DNA of 63,403 nt, filler included, from Reclinomonas americana ATCC 50394 (lineage: Eukaryota), in NCBI GenBank assembly GCA_048213135.1. It is 16 parts of 16 records of this genome, joined end to end, with 100 filler letters (N's around TTAATTAATTAA, not from the genome) between each part and the next. Parts side by side here need not be neighbours in the genome. Positions count along the whole stretch, not along the records: positions 35,813 to 36,890 come from AFZH01023077.1; positions 36,991 to 38,298 come from AFZH01023078.1; positions 38,399 to 41,855 come from AFZH01023079.1; positions 41,956 to 55,967 come from AFZH01023080.1; 12 more parts are not named here. The stretch is one strand, 5' to 3'. Position 1 is the stretch's first letter. Every line of letters starts with the position of its first letter. Of the stretch, positions 36,101-48,500 are shown in pieces. The notes under the pieces were generated by a model. That model ran no database searches and was not told the origin of the DNA. It saw only the letters and a program-made list of their open reading frames with translations. The position numbers were made by a program, and so were the translations under genes.

Positions 36101-38168
36101 CGAGTTGCACTGGCATGTGCCGTCACTCTTGCACGTGCCGTGACCAGAGCATGTGACGCTGGGACTGCAGTTGCAGCTGGCATTGGTGTAGTCGCCCGTG
36201 CACTGGCACGAGCCGTCGGGGTTGCATGTTCCGTGACCAGAGCACGTCGTGGCAAAATTGCAGTTGGTGTAGTTGCCGGAGCACGTCGACTTGCAGTCCA
36301 CAAAACGGCCGCTCGGTGCGCTGAAGCGCGCAAACGACATAAACCCAGAGCAGCGACCGGGATCGGCGATGCACTCGCAGTGCGCGCCGCTGCTGGGTGC
36401 ATTGCACTTGCAGAAGCCCGACACACAGAGACCGCCATTGATGGCTTGGCCGTTGGCCAGCTTGGCGCCGGCATCCACCGACAGACAGTCGGCATTCACC
36501 GTGCACGAAGAGCGCGGAAGCGAGCAGTACAAGCCGTCGAAACCCGGCTTGCATACGCACTTGCCGCTGGCGGTGTCGCACGTGCCGTTGCCACTGCAGG
36601 TGAAAGCCGCGTCGCAGTAGACAGAGCACGAGGTGCCGTAGTACTTGGCGTTGCAGATGCATGTTGCGTCACTGGCGCAAGTGCCCTGGCCGCTGCAGGT
36701 GGTGGAGGCCTGCGGGTGGGGGAGAGACGAGTGAGAAGGGAGGGGAGAAAAGGAGAGGGAGAAGGGCGAGGGAATGGAGGAGAGGGTGAGGGTAAGGTAG
36801 AGGGAGAAGTACGGGAAGAAGACAGGGGAGAAATGAGAGGCAATGGAGGAGAGGGGGAGGGAAGAGGGAGAGAGAAGAAGGAAATGGGGGNNNNNNNNNN
36901 NNNNNNNNNNNNNNNNNNNNNNNNNNNNNNNNNNTTAATTAATTAANNNNNNNNNNNNNNNNNNNNNNNNNNNNNNNNNNNNNNNNNNNNAGACAGAAGA
37001 GGGAAATGGGGGACAGAAAAGAGGGAAGAAGAAAGAGAGAGAGGGTGAGGGTAAGGGTGAGAGATAGAGAAACAGGCGAAACAGGAGAAAATGAGAAGAA
37101 TGCAGAAAGCAGATTGCACAACACGGAAAGTGAGATTGGTGAGGCGAGACTACAGCGCGAAGAGAAGAAAGAGAAAACAGACTTTGTTGTGGAAGATGGC
37201 AAGTGAGTATTCCACTCTCTCTCTCTCTCACGCCCTCCCTCTCTCTTTTGTACACTCTCTCCTCTCTCCCTCACTCACTCACCTGGCAGAACTTGTCACA
37301 CGTAGTGCCATAATAGTTGAGGGCGCACTGATCGCACGCCGCGCCAGTCCAGTTCTTGGTGGAGCACACACACGACCCGGCGCTGTCACACGTTCCACGA
37401 CCGCTGCACGTGGTGGCTGCGTCGCAGAACTTGCTGCAGGTCGCTCCGTAGTAGTTCGACTTGCACTGGGTGCACGAGGCGCCGGTGAAGTTGCCGGTGC
37501 ACAGACACTGGCCATTGGCGTCGCACGTGCCGTTGCCGGAGCACGTTTTGACGGCGGTGCAGAACTTGGAGCAGTTGCTGGTGTAGTAGTTAGTGAGGCA
37601 CACGCACTGTCCGCTCGAGTTGCAGCTGCCGTTGAAGTTGCACGTGGTGCCGGGATTGCACATGGTGCTGCACGTGGCACCGTAGTAGTCCGGCTTGCAC
37701 TGGTTGCACGAGGCGCCAGTGAAGTTGCCAGTGCACACGCACTGGCCGCTCGAGTTGCAGGTGCCGTGGCCATTGCATGTCATTGTTGGATTGCAGAAGA
37801 TGTTGCACGTGGCGCCGTAGTAGTCCGTGTTGCACTGGCAGGCACCTGCAGTGCTGCAGGTGCCGTTGTTGTTGCAAGTGGCGGGCGAGCACTTTTGCTC
37901 ACACTTGGCACCGGAGAAACCCGCGTTGCAGACACAGGTGCCACTGCTGGTGCACGAGGCGGCGTTGTTTGAGCATGTCACGTATGGGTGGCACGAGCAG
38001 AAGGGACCGGCCCAGCTGCATGAGCGAAAAAGGGAGAGGAGTGAGTGAGTGGGAAGAAACACAAAGAGAATGGGCAGCACGGACGACTCACGTGGCGCAC
38101 ACATTGGCACCGGTGGTGGACGTGAAGCAGTTGTTGTGGCAAGAGCACTTTCCGCCGGAGCAGAAACC
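30172..38168 (-). CDS. Array copy E: EGF stalk + two 14-repeat propeller heads separated by one EGF module (5' exons lost in gap)
   Basis: EGF exons ~38092-38168, ~37283-38015, 35813-~36709 and ~33888-35712. Head 1 plus linker EGF at ~32004-33824 (...QVYVFPCNPNCAAATTCSGHGTC...WSG). Short intron with GTAAGT donor, then head 2 at 30172-~31931 ending YLLVC*. Linkage across the gaps at 35713 and 36891 is assumed. Confidence 0.8.
33990..35712 (-). repeat. Coding tandem repeat of 93-bp (31-aa) EGF units in copy E
   Basis: Units of CSPxxTCSGHGTCxxxGxCxCTGDYTNASCN repeated up to the gap. Confidence 0.92.
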
Positions 38169-38398
38169 CTGTGTGGACGGAGAGGGAGGGTGAGGGAGAG
38201 GAGGAGGAGGAGGAGGAGGAGGAGGAGGAGGAGGAGGAGGAGGAGGAGGAGGAGGAGGAGGAGGAGGAGGAGGAGGAGGAGGAGGAGGAGGAGGAGGANN
38301 NNNNNNNNNNNNNNNNNNNNNNNNNNNNNNNNNNNNNNNNNNTTAATTAATTAANNNNNNNNNNNNNNNNNNNNNNNNNNNNNNNNNNNNNNNNNNNN

Positions 38399-41300
38399 CC
38401 AACACCTCTCGATACAGTTGCTCGGCCTCGACGAGATTGCCACCGGCTTGCATGCAACCAGCGAGATTGCTCATGGAAGTCAGCGTGTCCGGATGCTTGT
38501 CACCAAGCACCTCTCTTCTCAACCCCAACACTTCCCGAGAAAGTCGCTCGCCTTCAACGTGGTTGCCACTCGCGTGGACACAAAAGGCAAGCTCGTTCAT
38601 CGTCGTCAGAGTTCGCGGGTGCCTGTCACCAAACACCTCACGGCAAAGCTCCAACACTTCGCGAAACAGTGGCTCGGCCTCTGAGAATCGGCCGTCGTTG
38701 CTGACACAGAGAGCGATATTGTGCATGGACCCCAGCGTGTGTGGATGTCTGTCACCGAGCACTTGAAGCTGCAATGCTAAAGTTTCACGGTGCAGTTGTT
38801 CGGCCTCCACGAGATTGCCGCTTTTCCGCAAACAGTACGCAAGGTTGTTCATGGTCACAAGTGTGTTTGGATGCTTGTTGCCAAGCGCCTCCTGGGACAG
38901 AACCAACACCTCCCGAGCCAATCGCTCCGCTTCGACGAGATTGCCACTCTCGCGCAAGCAATCACTGAGATTGTTGAGGGAAATCAGTGCGTCTGGATGC
39001 CTGTCACCAAGCAGTTCGCGGTTCAACGTCAGCACCTCGCGATACAGTCGCTCAGCTTCGGAATACTTGCCGCTCTGACGGAGACAATATGCGAGACAGT
39101 TCTTGGATCCTAGCGTTGCAGGATGTCTGTCACCAAGAACTTCCTGCCTCAACACCAAGACCTCTCGGTGAAGTCGCTCGGCCTCGACGAGGCTGCCACT
39201 CGCTTGGATGCAGTTTGCGAGATGGTTCATAGATGCCACAGTTGCTGGATGCTTAACACCATAAGATTCCTGCATTGTCGCCAGCACATGTCGACACAGT
39301 CGCTCAGCTTCAGCAAGATTACCGCTTGCTTCGATACAGTTGGCAACCTTGTTCATGGACGCTAGCGTCCACGGATGTCTCTCGCCAAATACTTCGCGTG
39401 TAACAGCCAGCACTTCACGATGCATACGCTCGGCCTCAACGAGACCGCCGCTCGCTTCGATGCAACCAGCAAGGCTGCTCACGGACGCCAACGTCTTTGG
39501 ATGCCTATCGCCAAATACTTCGCGGATGATCGCCAACACATCCCGGTGCAATCGCTCAGCTTCGCCAAGATTGCCGCTCGCTTGGATGCAACTAGCAAGG
39601 TTGCTTGTGGACGCCAGCGTCTCTGGATGCCTGTCTCCGAACACTTCGCCTGTCAACGACAACACCTTTCGATGCAATCGCTCGCCTTCAGCAAGTTGAC
39701 CGCTGTCCCTCAAACAATTGGCAAGATTATTCATGGAAGTCAGCGTGTCAGGGTGTTTATCCCCTAGCACCTCACGCCTCATTGTCAACACCTCTCGATG
39801 AAGTTGCTCGGCTTCGGTGAGAATGCCTCTTGAATGTATACAATCAGCAAGATTGCCAGTGGCCCATGCACTTCGCGCATGAGCACCAACACTTCCCGAT
39901 ACAGTCTCTCGGCCTCGACAACGTCGCCACCCGCATGAACACAGTTGGCGAGGTTATTCAGAGAGACAAGCGTGCCTGGATGCTTGTCACCAAGCGCTTC
40001 CCGTCTTGTCGCCAACACTTCACGATACAACCGCTCGGCACTATCAAGACGACCAATGTTTTTGAGAACATCGGCAAGCTGCAGTCGCAGTGCCGATACC
40101 AATCCCACGTCATCCCCTAGTTCAAGAGTCTGCAGATGCTCCTCCAGAAGGCCGACTGCCTCGCTGTATCGACGTGCACTGGTCAGAAGCTCCGCCACAC
40201 ACTGTGTCTTGCAGTGCTGTAAATCTCGGTCCATTTGGTCGGCAAAATGTTCACGGAGCCATTCAGCACACGCAATCGCCACATCCGAACCAAAATCGCC
40301 GACAGGTAATCGTTTTTCCACCAGGCGCGCCAACCGCACAACACCGTCAAGCCGCATATTCATCGTCAGACTCGCCAGCGCATTCCAATTCCACCGGCGA
40401 TGCATCACGGACAGCAAGTCGCTCCACAGTACTTGCAAACACGGGCGCAGGTCACTGAGCATATCCTCACTAACGCTGTGATCCGTCGCCTGCGCTAGAC
40501 CACACATGACGACGTCAGACACGACATCTCGACAGACAGGCAGCTGGTGTCTTCGCTCTCCCGATTCCAGCCACTCCATCACAAGGTCGTGCACTCGGTA
40601 CTCCACTCGCGAAGAAAACGCGACCGAATCCCCAACAGCCATCATCCGACACATAGCATCACATGAGTGCGATGATTTGGCTTGTACCAACATGGACCGA
40701 CGAAGCCATTCAAGCGCGCTCGTCACGTCTTCGTCAATGTCGCCACTGCAACCTTCGACATCAATGCCCAGCGCTCGTTGTAACAACAGAAAATCCAGCT
40801 GATCCTCTGCTTCTGGGATCACCTCGCGCCCCAGCAACCGCACCAGCAACGTCACAGTGCGACTCGTGCAACATACGCGCATCTGTTGCAGCGCTGCGAC
40901 CAAGAACAGCACCTGCCGCATCAGCGGCGAGCATTCGGCCAAATTCTTGTCCATGAGCTGCTCCAAAGCCGACACTCGAGTCTCGGTCAGGCGCTCTTGC
41001 AACGCCTCACTTGCCAGCGTCTCCAGTGACAGTCGCGCAAGCATGCTGCGGATGCAGATCTCACGTCACTCACAGGGCGCACTCGATTTAAACATAACAC
41101 CACAAGTAAGTACTTTAAACAGAGCGCCACTCGAAACGCCTGTGGTTGCAATGCCGTCGCTTGCGCCACCTCAAGAGAGATTTCTTCAGGAGCATCAATC
41201 TCCTGCCGCACATACGCTGTCACATCATCGACCTCCACATCGCCCACGGGCACATGGACGACCGTCGCCGCGCTCAACAACGGCGACTGCTGCAGTTCGC

Positions 41301-41855
41301 AGTTCGGCTGCAACACGCTCAAACCGAGTCGTCACAATCACCATGGGCGCCGTCGAGCGATGCACGTCTACGCACAACTACGTGAGGCAGATTGATGCAT
41401 CATTCTATCACCGGCGCGCTCACCAGGATGAGGTCGACCTCGCACAGGTGCTGCTCGAATCACCTGCAACACCTGGTCACCGCCGCCGACATTGTCCAGC
41501 AGCAAGACGCCGCGACTGTCGTGCATGTAGTCACCCAGACGCTTTCGCAGCATGTCGACATTGCCATCCTTTTTCCACGCGTCGACTTGAGCGAACAACT
41601 GCGCACGGGACTGCACCGACGGCATGGCGTTGGCGAATCCACGCAATCCGCTTCCGAATACGTCAGCTGTCTGTGCGTTGTGCGCGTGCATATAAGGACA
41701 GCGTCAATGCAGGTGTGGACCACCCACTGCAGACTTACCGGTGTGAAAATGTGCGCCTCGGCCGTGTGACCACGCATATCGGCGAAGAGCGCCGACCCGC
41801 GCCACTTTTTGCGCTCCATCTCCGAAACAATCAGCTCGGCCAGAGTGGTCTTCCC
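38399..41855 (-). pseudogene. STAND NB-ARC-like NTPase + TPR (kinesin-light-chain type, 42-aa) NLR-like gene; frameshifted at ~39862; both ends in gaps
   Basis: Walker A tail GKTTLAELI at 41855, Walker B VLLLDNV, sensor-1-like MVIVTTR, GxP-like ALQPQAF, and a YRVHDLV (MHD-like) motif. These are followed by about 13-14 repeats of LGDxHPxTLxSxxNLAxCxxxSGxLxEAERLxREVL. The reading frame shifts inside one TPR. Confidence 0.8.
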
Positions 41856-42503
41856 NNNNNNNNNNNNNNNNNNNNNNNNNNNNNNNNNNNNNNNNNNNNT
41901 TAATTAATTAANNNNNNNNNNNNNNNNNNNNNNNNNNNNNNNNNNNNNNNNNNNNGAGAGAGAGAGAGGGAGAGGGAGACGGAGAGCGATGGAGAGCGAG
42001 TGTGTGTGGTGAGAATTCAGGAGATCAAATGTGAACTTGACGTCACGGGAGGCGACGACAACAACAGGCAGAGAGAGACACAGACACGACACAAGCGCAG
42101 TCCAAAGAACCCACTGCAGGCGACGAGGGAATCCGCCAACTTCATCAATCACAATTATCTTGTGCGCGCGCTTTCTCAAGCTCCTTTTGACACACTGTCT
42201 CACTGCATTGCTACGATGACACACGCACCTCGGAGCTCGCTGACATGCGCGTTCGTTAGATTTGCGCAAGTGTTTCATTGATCGGCGGTCCCCGGCGCCC
42301 ACCAAATCGTCCTCGTGACAGGACGATCATGGATCCAATCCCGCCGTCCCACACTGCGCCCGTCGTGCGTGGCCTTGCGTTGTCAGGTCTATCATTTTGC
42401 GCTGTCATCTTACAGTGTGTGCGCGCGTGTGTGCGTGTGTCTGCAGGCGTCATTCAGTTGCACAAGTAAGAGAGCGATACGTGAGACAGCAGCAACCCGT
42501 GCG

Positions 42504-45500
42504 ATGCGAGATATTTGTCGCGTGTTGCTGGTGTGTACATGGGCGGCGGTGCTTTTAATCGCCATTGCCACCCTGCCCTCCACTGCAAGCGCACGGGGGG
42601 ATCGAGAGTGGCGTGACATGGCCGCGCCGACTTTCGAACCCACCGTCCCCCACGCAGCTGAACGCGAATTCTCTCTGCGTGCGAGTGAGCGCACTCCCCT
42701 TTCCGTATCTATGCCTCCGTCGTCTCTTTGTGCAGGTGCTACTGCGTGTGCATGAGTGCGTGTGCGTCGTTGAGCAATGATTTCACTCTTGTCCGCCAGT
42801 GAATGTCGCTGCCGCTGGCTCCTCAACGACACCCTGTGGCGATGCCACCACTCCATGCGCACTCAGCCAGATCACGGCGTCGTGCGCGCAGCGTGGATAT
42901 GTGGCCACATCGCCTGAATGGGCACTGCAAGTGCTGTTTTCCGGCGAGACATTTGTCCTGATCGAGTCTCTCTCGCTTGGCGGTGAGTGTGACGAGACGC
43001 GAACGGAGAAGCTCAGTGATTCGCTAATCTTCTCCTTGGCACAGGGCGCAACATCACTCTCCAAGCGTCCTCGTCAATGCCCATCCTACAAGCGACGGCA
43101 TCCATTGTGGTGCAGGATTCACCGCGATTCGAGATGACCGGTCTCACTGTGACGGGCGGCCAGCCGGCGGTCACATGGAGCGCTCTGGCCACCACGCTAT
43201 CTCCGCAAGTCATCATCTCTGATTGTATGTTCACTGGCTCGACTGCGGGTGCTCTCCAGCTTGACGGCACTGCACTTCCAACCACCTCCACCGCCTCACT
43301 CAGCATCACCAACACGCAGTTTGCAGATCACCGTGCTGCCGCTCGAGGCACGCAGTCCTCTGCCGTGCTCGTATCTGGTCAGTTCTCTGTCGTCGAGATC
43401 ACTGGCTCCACGTGGCACAGTTGTACCAAGGTCGGGGACGATGCTTCTGGAGCTGCGATGTCACTGGTCAATCTCGCTCCTGCTGCCACGATTACCTTAC
43501 AAGATAGTGTGTTCTCGAGCACCTCGGTTGTCGGATCGGGTAACACGATGACCTCGTCAGGCAATGCTGGCGGCGGCGCCGTATTCGTGTCGGGAACGGG
43601 TGGAGTCGTCGTCAACACAATCAACACGCACTTTGTCAACAACACGGCCATCAACCTCACCAAGGGCAATACTGGTGGGGGTGCCATGTACGTGACGGAT
43701 GCGACATCGGCAACATTGACGGATGTTGGTGGAACGTGGGCGAACAATACCGTATTTCAGTGCGGAAATGGCGATCTTACGTCCGCCAACGGCTTCACAA
43801 GTGTGGGCGGCGGTGGTCTCTTCATTTACAACGCTCTGCAAGTCGAATTCCAGGGCACGTCGTGGGCAGGCAACTCGGTGACCGACAGTGCCAGTGGTGT
43901 GCAATGTCCGTCTGGTGGCGGGGGATGTTCCATTACCAGTGCGAGTGGTGGCCACCAAGCCGGAGGTGGAGCCGTTTGGGCTTTGTTTGCGCTTATTGCT
44001 TCATCAACTTCTGTGATCATGAGGGTGAATATGTGTTCGATGTGCTGGACAACAGGATCTTGTGCTCACAACCGTGCATCGTGCAGAACGTTACCGCGGC
44101 TGGGAATCAAGCCACGGGTAATTGCAAAGGAGGCAGCAACCTCCAAGGCGATGGCAACTCAGGAAGCATCTGTGGAGGCGGTGTTGTGTGGATAGGTGAA
44201 GCAAGCATACTTGAGGTTCGTGTCTGAATACCTCACTGGCGTTGATGGTCTATTCAGCTAATGCCATGAGTAGGTCACCGATAGTAGGTTTCTCAATAAT
44301 TCAGCATCGGAGAATGCAAACGGTGGCAAGAACAATCAAGGATCCGGGAATGCCGTTGGCGCGTCGGTTGGTGGAGGCGTTATTTGGTCGTACTTCTCTG
44401 GAGCCGGTTCAATCACGCAGAGTGTGAGTTACACTTGGTTCTTTGAAGGCGCGTCGCGGATACTAAGCCAGAGTACTGTGACCCTGGTAGATCACTGGAT
44501 CGTCATTCGTGTTCAACCGTGCAGATCAGAATTCATGTGGAGGCAATGGGAACCGCATGAATGCGAATTCATCTGCAAGTGTCGCTGGCGGTGGCGTTCT
44601 ATTGTTTGCCGGCACTCCAAGCAAGGTCTCAAGGCTGTGATACTGAAATTGCTCTCTTCACTGCAGCACTGGTAACAGAGTACTCTTGCAGCTCTCACAG
44701 ACCATCACCAACTGCACATTCTCATCAAGTGTTGCAAGCTGCAATGGGAATGGCGGTGCCGGTGAGTGCCAGCGCACACTTATGTGCACGTGCACGTGGT
44801 GTATGTTGGTCCGACGTGACTGTGTTTGAGTGCACGGTTGGCTGAATGGGTTAATGTATTCTCGTGTGCAGTATCATTTACTGGGAGTGCGGACAGCAAT
44901 AGCAGCACCAATGGTGGCGGTGTCATGCTGATCTACGCCTACGCTGGTTCAACACAGGTACATTATTTCTCTTCTGATTGTTTCGCAGTTTCCTTGCACG
45001 AGCTTGAGTGTCGCACTCTCATCTCGCGTACAAGCTGTTAGTGTTCTTGTTGCTGACTGAGTCATTATCGCAGACCATCACCAACTGCACATTCACATCG
45101 AATGTTGCGAACAACAATGGGAATGGTGGTGAGTGACTGTGTGTACTTGATGTGCATGTTGTGTATGCTGGTCTGGCGCAACTGTGTTTGAGTGGCACGT
45201 GCGAGAGGCTGAGTGCACGATTGGCTGAATGGATTAATGTATTCTTGTGTGCAGGATCGACATCATTCACTGCGAGTGCGGACAGCAATACCTTTGTCAA
45301 TGGTGGCGGTGTCATGCTGATCAACACCTACATTGGTTCTACAACTCAGGTACATTTTCCTTCTGATTGTTTCGCTGTTTCCTTGCACGAGCTCAAGATC
45401 GGAGAGATTGCCGTGCGAGTGTCACTTTCATCTCGCATGCCAACTGTGAGTGTTCTTGTTGCTGACTGGGTCATTATCGCAGACCATCACCAATTGTACA

Positions 45501-48500
45501 TTCACATCAAATGCTGCAAACAACAATGGGTTTGGTGGTATTGGTAAGTGACAATGTACACTTTATGTGCGATCTGACGTGACTGTGCTTGAGTGGTGTG
45601 TGCGAGTGGCTGTGTGCACGGTTGGCTGAATGGGTCAATGTATTCTTGTGTGCAGGATCATCCGTTGCGAGTGCGGACAGCAGTAGCTACTTCAATGGTG
45701 GTGGTGTCATGCTGATCTACGGCAGTGCTGGTTCTGCAACTCAGGTGCACTTCGTTTCTGGCTGTTTGGCTGTTTCCTTGTACGAGCTTGAGACGGGAGA
45801 GCCTGCCTGCGAGTGTCGCTTTTATCTCGCGTACAAACTGTGAGTGTTCTTCTTGCTGACTGAGGCCTGTTACAGTCATTATCGCAGAGCATCTCCAACT
45901 GCACATTCACATCGAATTCCGCAAACAGCAATGGGAATGGTGGTGAGTGGTAGTGTACGCTTTTGTGTATGTGCACGTGGTGTGTGTTGATCTGACGTGA
46001 CTGTGCTTGAGTGGCTTGTGCGAGTGGTTCACGGTTTCGCTGAATGGGTTAATGTATTCTTCTTGTGTACAGGATCAGCACACTCTGCGAGTGCGGACAG
46101 CAATGGCTTCATCAATGGTGGCGGTGTCATGCTGATCTACACCTCCGCCGGCGGTTCAACAACTCAGGTGCATCTCCTTTCTGGTTGTCTGGCTGTTTCT
46201 TGCACAAACTTGAGACGGGAGAGATTGCCGTGCGAGTGTCGCACTCATCTCGCGTGCAGCTGTGAGTGTTCTTATTGCTGACTGGGCCATTATCGCAGAG
46301 CATCACCAGCTGCACATTCACATCAAATGTCGCAAACTACAATGGGAGTGGTGGCACCAGTTTTGTAGGTGCGGTGCACCACGATGAAGAAGGCGACATG
46401 CAACACGCAAACTCACGCCTTCGCTCTTGCGACTACGTGCGCAGTTTCAGCCACTGCCTCAGGTAACCAGAATGGAGGAGGTGTATTGCTGCTTTCAGCG
46501 CAAACCGAATCCGAAACGAGCACGGTTCGTACCGTATGCGCATTAAGGCTATCGTCCATTGTGCGTTGGTGCTTACGTTTAACTGCAACAAGATGATTGA
46601 AAGCTGTCAATTTGTGACAAACGAAGCAAGTCTGAACGGAAATGGAGGCCAGAGTGGCGGCATAAGCAATTCGTCAAGCTCGGTGAACGGAGGCGGTTCC
46701 TTGCTTATGTCGCTGGGGAGCACCCAGAACAAGGTACTCATGCAACTGTCGTGGAAATGACACAAATGTCAACTCACCGTGCTCGAGCAGGTGATTGTGC
46801 ACCGCTGCACGTTTCACTCTAGTTCGGCATCGGGTAATGCTGTCGGAGGAAGCAACGCTACCCGCGGTGACGCCACCGGTTCAGCCAATGGCGGCGGTGC
46901 AATTCTGGTAGCTCTTCCGGGCATTCTTGAGGTCTGATTGCCGTCTTCAATCCATAGGATGCCAGTCGCGATCTCACGAATGGTGGACCAGATTGATGGC
47001 TGCACTTTTTTTAACAACACCGCTGGCAACAATAGTGATTTCATCCTTGAGCAGACGTCTTGATTGCGCATTTGGCTTTGCTAAACCGTTCGCACAGGCA
47101 ACGGAGGCAGTGGCAACGTTTCGTCGGGTAGCAGCTCGTCAACCTTCTCCGGTGGAGGCGCACTTCTAGTTCACTCTGCGCCCAGTTCTGCATCTCAGCT
47201 GGTTTGTTCTTTATGCCAAATGCAAGACGACTCCCAGTAGTGCCAAACCTCACCATCCGATTGCATAGACGCTCAGCCAGTCTCTCTTCTTTAACAACAC
47301 ATCGACGAATAACGGCGCGGGTGGCACCAACAGCGCGGTTGGTGCCTCGTTTGGCGGTTTTAATGGTGGTGGAGCAGCGTTGCTGGTCGCGCCCTCGTCG
47401 TCAACAGTTATAATCTCTGCTTCCTACTCGTTAGACCAGCATGTGTCCCACATCGATATCAATTGTCTATCTGCTCAGGGCGCATTCAAAGTCACTGATT
47501 GCACCTTCAGCGGCAATCAGTCTCTTCGGGACGGTGCAGGCGGCCTGAACAACACACTCAACGGGCAGGGAAGCAATCACAACGGTGGCGGTGCCATACT
47601 CCTCGTCAGCTCAGCAGCCGGCGTCAGTGGTTGTCAGTTGGCCAACAACCGCGTCAAGGATGCTGGTGCTGGAAATGCACTGTTTCCCTCTGGTGGTTTC
47701 TGCGGTGGCGGAGCGGTGCTTGCAGTTAACGGTGCCACTGTCGATTCATCCAACATGACCAGCAACTCAGTACATTCGTCCATTCTGCTCGTCATCGCCG
47801 GTCGCTCTCACGGAGGTGGAGCTCTGCTGTTGGATGGGTCAAGCTCAGCCACTGGCTGCATTGTCTCAAACAACTCAGTGTTTGGCGAGCTGGTGACTGG
47901 CGGTGGCGTGCTAGTGGGAACGCAGTCTCGACTCACTGGCACCGTTGTTTTCAATAACATTGCTCATGGTCAGAGTACTGGTGGTGGCGGTGTGGCCATG
48001 AGTGGGCAAGGCTGCGCGATCGCGGATTCCCTCGTCATGTCCAACAATTCTACATCCGGATTCGGTGGCGGTGTGTTGCTCAACGAGGTGGCCACCGCAG
48101 CCACCATCATCAACACCACCATTTCCAATAATATGGCACTGTATGGTGGTGGTGTTGTAGTGCGCGCGGAGCAAGCAAGCATGCAGATTCAGTCACGGTC
48201 TATTGTTGACGGCAATCTGGCGACGCAGAATGGCGGCGGCGTGTATCTCACCGCCACTGCCACACTCGTCGTAACTGGTAGCTCCAGGGTGCAGAACAAC
48301 AAGGCTGCTCACTTTGGAGGTGGTGTGTTTGCTGATCTGCAATCTTCCTCTTCTTGGTCAGATGCCTTTATCATTGGCAACTCCGCTCCCTTTGGGAGTG
48401 GCATGTTCACCGACCAGAACAGCAATCACACGCTGACAGACACGTCGATCAGCAACAATCAAGCCGCGGCAGATGGCGGTGGCGTGTATGCTGATGGACT

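Noticed and set aside
42100..42280. IIVIDE (Walker B-like) peptide upstream of the NLR-like gene
   Set aside because: It is short with no supporting motifs. It could be a 5' exon but cannot be assigned.
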